Translations under genes and position numbers: made by a program
Notes under the pieces: model-generated
The model's database searches: none
What the model was told of the DNA's origin: nothing
Seen by the model: the letters and a program-made list of their open reading frames with translations, nothing else
Source of the DNA: Capsulimonadales bacterium
Lineage (GTDB): Bacteria; Armatimonadota; Armatimonadia; Armatimonadales; Armatimonadaceae
NCBI GenBank assembly: GCA_033762295.1
Contig: JANRLW010000051.1
Coordinates: forward strand, 1-64,000
Length of the DNA stretch: 64,000 bases
Direction: 5' to 3'
Part shown: piece after piece, positions 39,722 through 49,331 of the stretch
Layout: the number at the start of each line of letters is the position of its first letter
Numbering within the stretch: the first letter of the stretch is position 1

Positions 39722-40621
39722 ATGAAATCACTCTTTCGAACCGCCATCGTCCTGCTTTCGCTTCTCGCGCTGATCGGCGGCAAGCCCGCCGTCGCCGAAG
39801 TGCGCGGCGAATACGGGATGAAAGTGCGTGTCAACCTGCGCAATGTCGATCTGACCTACCGACTGCGCCTGAATCGCCGATCCGACGGCGGAGACCGGCA
39901 GGGCGACGCGGAAATGACCGTCTCGCGCAACGGCTTTCTTCCGTCGTCGAACCGTACCGGGGACGATTACGGTTCCATCGCCACCGTCTACCTTCGGAAT
40001 CGGGATCGTGTGGTCCATCGCGGCACCTGGACGATGTACGATGACCGCATCACGGTCACCCTGAACGACATCGACGGACGCCGGGACCGGGCGGTCTTTA
40101 CCGGAACGGCGGACGACGGCGACCGGATTCTGAACCTGCGGACCGACAATACCGGAATGTACGGGAATAATGTCACCTTCCGGCTCGACCGCGACTTCCG
40201 CGACCGCCAGAACGGGAACAACTCGAACGACAATACGCCCGAGGAGTTTCAGGGCACGTACCAGACCACACATCAGCGCCGCATCGACGGACGATGGGTG
40301 CGGCTTGAGTATCGTCTGCGTCTGCGGGACGGCGGTAACGCGGAGATGGAAATCTCCACGCGGGACAATCCCGATGACGACCGCGATACCGGCCGCGCCT
40401 TCGGGTCGATTGCGACCGTGTATCTCCGGGATCGTCGCCGGGTCCGCCATACCGGACGCTGGACGGCGTCCGGAGACAACGTCACGGTGACCCTGGAGGA
40501 GATCGAGGGCCGTCGGGACCGGACAACGTTCACCGGTTCGCTGCGCCGAGATCGACTGAACCTGTCCTGCAACAACCGGGGCATGTACGGTGAGATGATC
40601 TTCCTGATGGATCGCCGCTAA
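39722..40621 (+). CDS. Exported protein with two homologous beta-rich domains
   Basis: Signal peptide (AVA-E); YRLRL...AEM...GSIATVYLR...H.G.W....TVTL..I.GRRDR..FTG present twice. Confidence 0.8.
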   Translation: MKSLFRTAIVLLSLLALIGGKPAVAEVRGEYGMKVRVNLRNVDLTYRLRLNRRSDGGDRQGDAEMTVSRNGFLPSSNRTGDDYGSIATVYLRNRDRVVHRGTWTMYDDRITVTLNDIDGRRDRAVFTGTADDGDRILNLRTDNTGMYGNNVTFRLDRDFRDRQNGNNSNDNTPEEFQGTYQTTHQRRIDGRWVRLEYRLRLRDGGNAEMEISTRDNPDDDRDTGRAFGSIATVYLRDRRRVRHTGRWTASGDNVTVTLEEIEGRRDRTTFTGSLRRDRLNLSCNNRGMYGEMIFLMDRR

Positions 40622-40815
40622 TTCCGTCCGACCCGGGTAATCCCCCTGCCCGGGTCGGTTTTCCGCCTCTTTACCTCTCCCGAAGCCCCCAAAATCGCGC
40701 CGCTCGCAAAGGAATCCGCCGTCCGTTCAAAGAATAATCGCCCGGACCCCGGTGGCCGACCGGCGAGGGAACGCTCCGTCCCTGCCGATGGCGGCATCAC
40801 GAAAGGACGGTTGTT

Positions 40816-42222
40816 GTGGAAAAGTTCGTTCTCCGGCTGCTTTCGGTCGGTCTTGCGCTCTGGTTGGGCACTCCGGCCTCGACCGCACAGACATGGGACC
40901 GGGACGTCGCGCCCGGCATCCTTTTCCGTATGGAGCGACAGGCGAACCCGCCACGCAATACCTACGGTCTGCGAATCGATCCGAAGATCGTCCGCGCGGA
41001 AAGCACACTGGGCGGAGACTCGATCTACGATCTTTCCCCGAACAACGGACGCCGCACGATGAGCCGGATGGTGCAGGAACACGAGGCCATCGGCGGCGTG
41101 AACGGGGACTACTTCCAGTTCGGAGGCGACCCCGGCGGCGATCCGTCCAACCTGATGGTGCATGGCGGCGAACTGCTGAGCCAGCCCGGTTCCGGGCCGC
41201 GCGGCGTCGCCGTCGGCTGGGACGCGCTCATGAACCTGAGTATGGGCAACGGGGAGTGGACCGCGACGTTTTCCGTCAACGGCGGCCCGCCGCAGGCGAT
41301 CGCCGGCCTGAACACCCGCACGGAGGGGGATCGGGTCACCCTTTCCACCGATTCGGCGGGCTACGCCTATGCGCCGGGCGAAGCGACCGCCGCACGCGTT
41401 CAGGTGGGCGCGTACCGTCTGAGCGCCGACCGGACGGTGGCCGGAACCGTCCTCGACGTGGTTCCCCTTGGCAGGGAACGACTCCGCGTCGCGCCCGGCG
41501 AAATGATCCTCTCCGGTTCCGGCAAGTCCGCCGACGCCGTTCGCTCGCTCCGCCCCGGCGATACGGTCCGGGTCACGGTGCGCGTGACCGGCTTCGACTG
41601 GAACCGGGTGCAGGAGGTCATCGGGGGTGGCCCTATCCTTCTGCAGGGCGGCAAAAACGTGCTGCCGTCCCGACCGGACAACTTCAACGACACGCGCCAC
41701 CCGCGAACGGCGATGGGCCGGACGGCGGACGGGCATATCTGGTTTCTTCTGACCGACGGTCGCCAGAGCATGAGCGTCGGCGCGACCGTGGCCGACCTGG
41801 CCGAAATCCTGCAACGCTGGGGTTGCACGGAGGCGATCAACCTGGACGGGGGCGGCAGCAGCGCCATGAACCTACTGGGCGTCACGCTCAATCGTCCGAG
41901 CGGCGGGATCGAACGCGCGGTCGCCAACGGGGTGCTGCTGTACGGACGCCGTCCCGCGTCGTCGCCGAAGGACCTCAAGATCGTACCGGTCACGGGCGGG
42001 ATCGTCGTCGGAACACCGGTACGCCTTTCGGTTACGGCGGAGAACGCCCCCGTCCCCGTCTCCCGGATCCTCTTTACCGCGCAGGGCGCGGGGTGGATCG
42101 ATCAGGAGGGAATGTTCCACCCGGAGAAGGAAGGGACGGCTGAGGTAACGGTTCTGGTGGACGGCGCGACCGCGCAGATCCGCCTGACGGTAACGCCGCG
42201 CCCGACCGCTCCCACCCCCTGA
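40816..42222 (+). CDS. Phosphodiester glycosidase (NAGPA/DUF2233) family protein
   Basis: GVNGDYF, RHPRTAMG, DGRQ..S.G.T, AINLDGGGSS, RAVANG. Confidence 0.9.
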   Translation: MEKFVLRLLSVGLALWLGTPASTAQTWDRDVAPGILFRMERQANPPRNTYGLRIDPKIVRAESTLGGDSIYDLSPNNGRRTMSRMVQEHEAIGGVNGDYFQFGGDPGGDPSNLMVHGGELLSQPGSGPRGVAVGWDALMNLSMGNGEWTATFSVNGGPPQAIAGLNTRTEGDRVTLSTDSAGYAYAPGEATAARVQVGAYRLSADRTVAGTVLDVVPLGRERLRVAPGEMILSGSGKSADAVRSLRPGDTVRVTVRVTGFDWNRVQEVIGGGPILLQGGKNVLPSRPDNFNDTRHPRTAMGRTADGHIWFLLTDGRQSMSVGATVADLAEILQRWGCTEAINLDGGGSSAMNLLGVTLNRPSGGIERAVANGVLLYGRRPASSPKDLKIVPVTGGIVVGTPVRLSVTAENAPVPVSRILFTAQGAGWIDQEGMFHPEKEGTAEVTVLVDGATAQIRLTVTPRPTAPTP

Positions 42223-42229
42223 TACTTAC

Positions 42230-42260
42230 GGATGCTTCCTGAACGGTCCGGAAGCATCCG
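42230..42260. terminator. Hairpin between convergent genes
   Basis: GGATGCTTCC...GGAAGCATCC inverted repeat between the stops at 42222 (+) and 42268 (-). Confidence 0.55.
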
Positions 42261-42267
42261 CCCACCG

Positions 42268-42441
42268 TTAGCACCGGTCGACTTTCACCCCCGGCGGCGG
42301 CGTGATGCCGGGGGGCATGGAAACGCAGGTCGGTTCCGGGTTGCTCCGAGGACGGTCGGAGCGCACGGCGACCTCCCCGAGAACCAGACCGGTCAGAATC
42401 AGCATCCACATTACCAGAAGAACCAGATTCTTTTTATTCAT
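42268..42441 (-). CDS. Small (57 aa) membrane/exported peptide
   Basis: GGAGG RBS; MNKKNLVLLVMWMLILTGLVLG hydrophobic N-terminus; two Cys flanking a Pro-rich tail. Confidence 0.6.
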   Translation of the reverse strand: MNKKNLVLLVMWMLILTGLVLGEVAVRSDRPRSNPEPTCVSMPPGITPPPGVKVDRC

Positions 42442-42815
42442 ATTAAATTTCCCTCCATGGAACGGCGTAACCCTTCGCAACGTTCCGCTTTTCCGCTGTC
42501 CGGTCGCCGTGCTTCCCGGCACCCGGAGAAAAAACTCGCAAAAGATAGTCTTAATGGCTATTACACCAAATCGGACGGATCGTAGATCGGTCGGGGACCG
42601 ATCCCCGGTTCCTGCTCCCACGTTCATGCTACCGGGGAACGATGGCGAATAGCGTGACCGGGGTGCTCTCTTCGTGACGGTCGCGTGACGGATGTTCGAC
42701 CGGTCCCGTTCTCCGTGTCACAAAGGTAGAACCTGTAGAATTGCCAACTCATTACCATACAAAAGTCGTCCAAAAATTAAAGTATCTCGTGGTCCCGTTT
42801 CCATTGGAGGATACG

Positions 42816-44342
42816 ATGCTCCTTTCTCCGGACGGTGTTCGACGCGGCGCACTGCCGCTTCTCGTCGGTCTCGTCGCCTTTGCCCTGCCGGTCGGGGCCC
42901 AGACCCCCGATCTCGGTGCCAACGCGGACCTGCGCGGCAAGCAGGTGCTTCCGCCCGATAACCCCTGGAATCAGGATATTTCCGGTCTGCCCGTCGATCC
43001 CAACTCGGCGACCCTGATCGCTTCCATCGGACTGACCGCCCGTCTGCACCCGGACTTTGGCAGCGGAAAGTACTGGACGGGAAAGCCGTACGGCATTCCG
43101 TACATCGTCGTACCGGGAACCCAACCCCTGGTGCCGGTGCGTTTCGACTACGCGTCGGAAAGCGATCCGGGGCCGTATCCGATCCCCGCCAATGCGCCGA
43201 TCGAGGGCGGCAACAACGCCGACGGCGATCGCCACGTCATCGTCATCGACCGTGACCGATGGAAGCTGCACGAGCTTTTTTATGCGTTTCCCCAGGCGAA
43301 CGGCAGCTGGCAGGCCGGGTCCGGTGCGGTCTTTCCGCTGAACTCGAACGCGTTGCGCCCGCTGTTTTGGACGTCCGCCGACGCCGCCGGTCTGCCGATC
43401 TTCCCCGGTCTGGTCCGTTACGATGAGGTGGTCGGGCGGGGCGCGATCCGCCATGCGTTGCGGTTCACGGTGGCGCGTACCCGTCGGGCGTTCGTCGCTC
43501 CGGCCCGGCACTTTGCCAGTTCGCTGACCGATCCGAAGTATCCGCCGATGGGAATGCGTGTCCGTCTGAAAGCGAGTTACGATATTTCCAAGTTTCCGTC
43601 GCAGGCGAAGGTGATCCTGACCGCTTTGAAAAAGTACGGGATGATCGTCGCCGACAACGGCAGTAACTGGTTCCTGTCGGGCGCGCCGGATGCCCGGTGG
43701 GACGACGACCAGTTGAACACGCTGAAGTCCGTTCCGGGCAGCGCGTTCGAGGTCGTTCGTATGGGTGATCCGATCACCGACCGCGTCTCGACGCCGACCG
43801 GACTGCGTGCGGTCGCCGGTCCGAATCTGGTGACGCTTTCGTGGAACGCCGCTTCGGGAGCGAGCAGCGGATATGTCATCAAGCGCAGTCGGATCAAAGG
43901 CGGTCCTTATGAAAATATCAAGCGGGGAGTGACGACGACGACCTACGCGGATACCGCCGTCACCGGAGGACTCACCTACTACTACGTGGTCGCGGGCGAA
44001 AACCCGACCGGACAGAGCGCGCCTTCCGCCGAGGTCGTGGCCGTTCCTCGCAACCCGAAGGTTCCCGCCGCGCCGACCAACCTGACCGCCGCCGTCGTTT
44101 CCGCCACGCAGGTGAACCTGACCTGGAAGAATACGGCAACGAATGCCACCCTGGTGCGGATACAGCGTTCGACCGACAACGTCCAATTCACGACAATCGC
44201 GACACCGGGGGGCAGTGCATGGTCCTCGTTCGTCGCTAACCTGACCCCCTCGACGACCTACTACTTCCGGGTCCGAACCGAGAACGCGGACGGCGTCTCC
44301 GCCTGGAGCAATGTCGCCACGGCAAAGACCAAAGCTCCCTAG
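42816..44342 (+). CDS. Exported protein: uncharacterised N-terminal domain + two fibronectin type III domains
   Basis: GGAGG RBS; PPDNPWNQDIS, GDRHVIVID, DAAGLP, YGMIVADNG; FN3 motifs PTGLRA...LSWNA...YYYVVAG and APTNLTA...LTW...TTYYFRVR. Confidence 0.85.
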   Translation: MLLSPDGVRRGALPLLVGLVAFALPVGAQTPDLGANADLRGKQVLPPDNPWNQDISGLPVDPNSATLIASIGLTARLHPDFGSGKYWTGKPYGIPYIVVPGTQPLVPVRFDYASESDPGPYPIPANAPIEGGNNADGDRHVIVIDRDRWKLHELFYAFPQANGSWQAGSGAVFPLNSNALRPLFWTSADAAGLPIFPGLVRYDEVVGRGAIRHALRFTVARTRRAFVAPARHFASSLTDPKYPPMGMRVRLKASYDISKFPSQAKVILTALKKYGMIVADNGSNWFLSGAPDARWDDDQLNTLKSVPGSAFEVVRMGDPITDRVSTPTGLRAVAGPNLVTLSWNAASGASSGYVIKRSRIKGGPYENIKRGVTTTTYADTAVTGGLTYYYVVAGENPTGQSAPSAEVVAVPRNPKVPAAPTNLTAAVVSATQVNLTWKNTATNATLVRIQRSTDNVQFTTIATPGGSAWSSFVANLTPSTTYYFRVRTENADGVSAWSNVATAKTKAP

Positions 44343-44534
44343 CTATCTTTAGCGGTCCTTATCGTTTTTTGGTAATCTTTAGCGACCGTTCGGAATGCGG
44401 ATGGCGCTCCCATCTTCGGGCCTGCGGCCGACCGGCCGCGGGCCCTTCGTTCGGACATGGACGCAATACGCACCGGTATGCTATACTTTTGCTAACCCCG
44501 AAGCCGGGCATCTGTCTGCCGTGTTCTCCCGATC

Positions 44535-47500
44535 ATGACCAAACCGTTGCGTTTCTCGTCGTTTCCGTCTCTTCCTCCATGCCGTCTCGTCCGCCGGACG
44601 CTCGGTTCGGTCCTGGTGATCGGATCGCTGTCGTCGGGAAGTCCGGCGCAGCAAGCGGGATCACCGGTTCCCGCCGCGCCTCAGACGGTCCCTCCGACCG
44701 CTCCCGCACAGACCGCTCCGGCCCCGACCCCGCCGGCGACACCGGCACAGCCATCCTCACAGCCGACGCCCCCGAAAACCGGCCCGGCGAACCCGAATCC
44801 GTCCGTTCCGGGACAGCCGACCACCAACCCGACCGGCAACCCGACCGCCAACCCGACCGGCGCGCCGACCACCGTCAATCCGCCGCCGAAGCCGGACGAT
44901 ACTCGCCGACCGCAGGGAGTCGGCAATCCGCTCCTGCTTTCCTCGCCCGAAAACGCGAACGCGCCGATTCTTTATTACGATCGCAACGGCCGACGGATCA
45001 ACCGGCCCCAGCAGGGCCAGGGCGAGTTCGGGACGTATCAACGCGGCCCCATCCGCACGAGCGCGGAGGAGCGCAGCCGCGCCCTGTCCGACTTTGCCGA
45101 GAACTTTTTCGAGTACCCGCGCCAGTTGATCCTCTCTCGCCGCGCTTCGTTGCAGCGTCAGTATGAGCCCCGGCCCCCGGCAGGCGTTCCCGAATCCGTT
45201 CCGACGGACGCCGGAGGAACGACCGTACCGGCAACCGTTCCGCCGACCGTTCCCTCAACCGTTCCCTCAACGACGGTTCCTCCGACCGCCGTTCCTCCGG
45301 CCTCCGCTTCGCCCACCGTGGTTTCTCCGATCGCTGTTTCTCCCACAGGCGCCCCGCTTACGGTTCCGGTCGCTGCGCCCGCTCCGGTTCTCGCGTCGGC
45401 GGTCGTGGTTCCGCCCGCGGCCCCGACCGGGACGCCGACGGACGCATTCCGTGAGTTCGCCGATCCGCTGAGTCAGCTTTCGCGGAACGTCTCCGCCTCC
45501 GTCCCGGCCGACTATCTACTGGCTCCCGGCGACCGATTGACCGTCCGTTTCGGTTCGGCAACCCTCGCCACACGGGAGTTCGTGCGTACCGTCGACTCGC
45601 AGGGGAATCTTTCGGTGGAGGGACTGGGCCGCGTCAATGTCGCCGGTCAGACTCTCGAACGCGCCGAGCGTCTTCTGACCCGCAGTCTGGCCCGACTGTA
45701 TCGCGGCGTCCGGGCGGAAATCGCTCTGACGGAACTGCGGACGATCAACGTCACGATCACCGGAGACGCCTTCGCGCCCGGAACCTATACCATTCCGAGC
45801 GTCGCCACCGCCTTCAACCTGCTGTATGCCGCCGGCGGCCCGACGGCGGAGGGAACTCTGCGCCGTATTCGCGTCCTGCGGCGCGGGCGGGTCGTCGGCG
45901 AGCTCGATTTTTACGCGTTCCTGACCGGCAGCGGACGGGTCGCTGACATTCCGTTGCAGTCGGGCGACGTCCTGAATATTCCCGGTCGCCTGTCCCGCGT
46001 CACGATCGAAGGCGAGGTGCGACGCCCCGCCATTTTCGAACTGACCGAACGCGAAACGCTGCAGGATGCCCTGCGCTTCGCGGGCGGGGTCAAGGCGTCG
46101 GCGGTCGACCAGCGGGTTCAGATCACGACGGTCGATCCGGGCGCGGCACGAGTTCTGCGCGATATCAATCTGCGGGATCGCGGCACCTTCGGGCGTCTCC
46201 CGATTTACGATGGCGATATCGTCTCCGTCTTCTCCGTTCGCCCGCAGGTCACCAATCTCGTCACGATCGAGGGCGCGGTTGACCAGCCGGGCGACTATGC
46301 CCTGGCCCCCGGAATGCGTGTCAGCGATCTGGTACGGCGTTCGCGCGGCATTCTTAACGAAGCGTACCCGGAACGCGCCGATCTTTACCGCTGGCAGCCT
46401 GACAATACGCTCCGCCTGGTGCGAATCGACCTGGCGAAGGCCCTCGGCAACGATCCCGAGGCGAATGTGTCCCTGCAGCGCTGGGATCGTTTGCGCATCT
46501 ATTCCCGCCAGGAGGTGGAATGGACCGGCCGGAGGGAGGTCACGATACGCGGGGCGGTCCAGCGACCCGGTATCTACGACCGCAGCGACGGTATGCGTAT
46601 CCGCGACCTGCTGCTGATGGCGGGCGGTCCCACGCCGGAAGCCTATCTGCCCCGCGCCTTTCTGCTGCACCAGCGTCCCGACGCCTCTTTTTCCTATCGG
46701 GAGGTCCGGGTCGGCGAAGCGATCAAGGGCAATCCGGAAGACGACGTTTTGCTGGAGGATAACGATGTCCTCGCCATCTACCGTGTGAACGAGGCGCAGT
46801 TCCAGCCGGAGCATGTCGTGACGATTACGGGCGAGGTGGTCTCCCCCGGCATCTATCCGCGCGGCGACGGCATGAAGATCACCGATCTTGTCCGGCTCGC
46901 GGGCGGGTTCAAGCCATCGGCGGCAGGCGTTCTGGTCCAGGCTCACGGCCGACGAAGCCCGGAATCGGCGGACCCGCGCAATCCCCAGCGTCCCCCGGTC
47001 ACCGTTCCGTTCGACCGGACCGGCACGATTCCGGCGGACGCCGACCGCCCGCTGGACGATGGCGATGTAATCACCGTCCAGAGTCTCGGCGGTTACAAGG
47101 AGCGGGTGGAGATCGTCTATGTGCGCGGCGCGGTCGCCAACCCCGGTCCCATCGTGGTTACCTCCAACAAAATGCACCTGTCGGAAGCCATTGCCGCCGC
47201 CGGCGGACTGCGACCGGAAGCCTTTCCCGAAGGCACCGAGTTCGACCGCAAACGGGAGTTGATCGCCTCGGAAAAGCAGCGTTCGCTCACCGCCCTGATC
47301 AGCCAGCTCAACGATATTCTGAACCGGGATACGTTCCAGAGAGAACAGGCGAAGGCCGACGTGGAACGTCTGAAGACGATCAGCCAGGCGACGAGCAGCA
47401 GCAACAGCACCCTGATCCCGGGTCTGGGCGGAAGCACCCCGGCCTCCTCGACGGCGGTCAACGTCGCCAATAACCTGCCGCCGCGCGATCTGGTCACGGC

Positions 47501-47960
47501 ACCGCGCTCTCTGGGTGAGGACGACCTGGTGCCCGGGGGCAGTCTGGCGGTCGATCTGCCGCAGGCGCTGTTAAACCCGAAATCGGCGGAGGATGTGATC
47601 CTGATGGATGGCGACGTCATTACGATCCCGGAGACGCCTTCGACCGTACAGGTGGTCGGAGCGGTCACCAACGGACGCGGGGTCGTCTATCGCGCCGGAG
47701 CGACACCGTCGTACTATATCGAGCGCACGGGCGGGTTCACGCGCGATGCGGCGACCGATCGGGTGATCGTCATTCGCTACGGCGGCGGCATCCTCCCGCT
47801 CAACAAGGTCAAGAGCATCCGCCCCGGCGATATTATTCTGGTGCCGACCAAAGTGCTCGCGCCCAGGCTGTCCTCCGGCAACAACCCGTTTGAGTCCTTC
47901 ATCCGCAGTCTCGCCGGCACGGCCATCACGATCCGGGTACTCGACTCACTCTTCCGATAG
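44535..47960 (+). CDS. Polysaccharide export protein with multiple SLBB domains (Wza/KpsD-like)
   Basis: DYLLAPGDRL poly_export motif, repeated V.I.G.V..PG.Y...AGG SLBB units; Pro/Thr-rich N-terminus. Confidence 0.9.
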   Translation: MTKPLRFSSFPSLPPCRLVRRTLGSVLVIGSLSSGSPAQQAGSPVPAAPQTVPPTAPAQTAPAPTPPATPAQPSSQPTPPKTGPANPNPSVPGQPTTNPTGNPTANPTGAPTTVNPPPKPDDTRRPQGVGNPLLLSSPENANAPILYYDRNGRRINRPQQGQGEFGTYQRGPIRTSAEERSRALSDFAENFFEYPRQLILSRRASLQRQYEPRPPAGVPESVPTDAGGTTVPATVPPTVPSTVPSTTVPPTAVPPASASPTVVSPIAVSPTGAPLTVPVAAPAPVLASAVVVPPAAPTGTPTDAFREFADPLSQLSRNVSASVPADYLLAPGDRLTVRFGSATLATREFVRTVDSQGNLSVEGLGRVNVAGQTLERAERLLTRSLARLYRGVRAEIALTELRTINVTITGDAFAPGTYTIPSVATAFNLLYAAGGPTAEGTLRRIRVLRRGRVVGELDFYAFLTGSGRVADIPLQSGDVLNIPGRLSRVTIEGEVRRPAIFELTERETLQDALRFAGGVKASAVDQRVQITTVDPGAARVLRDINLRDRGTFGRLPIYDGDIVSVFSVRPQVTNLVTIEGAVDQPGDYALAPGMRVSDLVRRSRGILNEAYPERADLYRWQPDNTLRLVRIDLAKALGNDPEANVSLQRWDRLRIYSRQEVEWTGRREVTIRGAVQRPGIYDRSDGMRIRDLLLMAGGPTPEAYLPRAFLLHQRPDASFSYREVRVGEAIKGNPEDDVLLEDNDVLAIYRVNEAQFQPEHVVTITGEVVSPGIYPRGDGMKITDLVRLAGGFKPSAAGVLVQAHGRRSPESADPRNPQRPPVTVPFDRTGTIPADADRPLDDGDVITVQSLGGYKERVEIVYVRGAVANPGPIVVTSNKMHLSEAIAAAGGLRPEAFPEGTEFDRKRELIASEKQRSLTALISQLNDILNRDTFQREQAKADVERLKTISQATSSSNSTLIPGLGGSTPASSTAVNVANNLPPRDLVTAPRSLGEDDLVPGGSLAVDLPQALLNPKSAEDVILMDGDVITIPETPSTVQVVGAVTNGRGVVYRAGATPSYYIERTGGFTRDAATDRVIVIRYGGGILPLNKVKSIRPGDIILVPTKVLAPRLSSGNNPFESFIRSLAGTAITIRVLDSLFR

Positions 47961-48020
47961 ACCGACCGCTTGCCCCGCCGGAGGGTGGGGCAAACGTGCG
48001 GGAAGGGGTTCCTTCAGGGG

Positions 48021-49148
48021 TCAGGGGTTTCCGGAGGCGTCCTTTCGGGCCTCGCGCAGAGCGCGAAGGTACTCCTTCGGCACGTTGGTCCGTTTCCACC
48101 AGTTCGGTTTCTGCGAATAGACCCAGACATACCTGTCGGATCGATTCAGCGCGGCGCGCACGGCGTCACGCAAATCGTCGGGCGGGAAGTAGTTTCCGGC
48201 GGCCGACGTCATGCTCCATCCGGTTTTCTGCCAGTCGGCGTCCAGCCAGATGCCGAAACCGGCGGTGACATACTTCCGGTAGCGGTCGGCATCCGGGGCT
48301 TCACGCGCCGCTTCCTCCTTGATGATCCGATAGGCGTCCGCAAACTGCGACTTCTCGCGATATTTGTACGATGGCTCGAACCCGTCCACGATGGATGTTT
48401 TCCCACGGGCCGCATCGGTCAATCCGTCAACGAACGCCGGGAGCAGGTCGTATCGAATTCCCGACGACTTTCGGGGCTTTCCACGTTCCGTGATCGCCAG
48501 GCTGCGCCCGAAAGAAAGGATCAACGTCAGGTCGGGGTACTCCTCCTGGATCGCCTCCAGGATCTCCCGTCCGCGCTGCCGCGCCTGTTCGCCGTACTGC
48601 TCGAGCGATTTCGTCGAGCGATTCCGCTGTTTGTCGTACGTAAAGATATATCCTTTGTTGGCGTACTGCTCCGTATCCAGAAAGATGCCTTTGACGCCGC
48701 CTTCGCGGGCGATCCGCGCCATCAGGCGGAGATTGCCGACGACCGGCGAATAATCGTCGAACCAGTCGATATCGGCGGGCATCAAATCCACGCGGAGAAA
48801 GTTATCGGTGAACTTCCGGAACTTCGTCGCTTTGAGGTCCTCGATCGCGGGCCGAGCCATCTCCGGGGAAAACGGCGTTTTGGACCAGGCGGAGCGGGAC
48901 AGATTGATCCGCCCGCCGCTGTCGCGGGGAGCGAACGCGAAAAAGATCGTCCCATCGAACGGTGACTTCTCCATCTCGGCGATGTTGGCGCGCATAAACC
49001 CGGTGTCCGGAATATCCCAGCCGAGTTCGATCAGTTTTTTGCCTTCGGTCTGCGCCGCCGCGCCGCCGATCGTCAGTATCACCGCCAGAATCCCCGACAA
49101 CAGGCTGGCCGTCAGCCTTTTCATCACCGGCACCATCGGTTGCTGCAT
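48021..49148 (-). CDS. Exported hypothetical protein, possible glycoside hydrolase-like TIM barrel
   Basis: Signal peptide (AAA-Q), GIFLDTEQY acidic motif; AGGAGG RBS. Confidence 0.75.
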   Translation of the reverse strand: MQQPMVPVMKRLTASLLSGILAVILTIGGAAAQTEGKKLIELGWDIPDTGFMRANIAEMEKSPFDGTIFFAFAPRDSGGRINLSRSAWSKTPFSPEMARPAIEDLKATKFRKFTDNFLRVDLMPADIDWFDDYSPVVGNLRLMARIAREGGVKGIFLDTEQYANKGYIFTYDKQRNRSTKSLEQYGEQARQRGREILEAIQEEYPDLTLILSFGRSLAITERGKPRKSSGIRYDLLPAFVDGLTDAARGKTSIVDGFEPSYKYREKSQFADAYRIIKEEAAREAPDADRYRKYVTAGFGIWLDADWQKTGWSMTSAAGNYFPPDDLRDAVRAALNRSDRYVWVYSQKPNWWKRTNVPKEYLRALREARKDASGNP

Positions 49149-49331
49149 CCGTCTTCCTCCTTATCGCCCGCGTCTTCGTCCGGGGTCCGTCACGATTCGC
49201 CTTTAATAGCGGGGAGTGTCCGTCGAAAGTTCCGCGTGTTATAATGACGCCGTTACCGTGGCGAAGATCGTTTTGCCGTCCGTCACGGACGTCCCACTGG
49301 CGGCAGGATAGCGGGGCGGACTCGGAAACGT

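Noticed and set aside
44820..45300. NPTG and TVPx repeats in the SLBB protein
   Set aside because: Typical Pro/Thr-rich linker.
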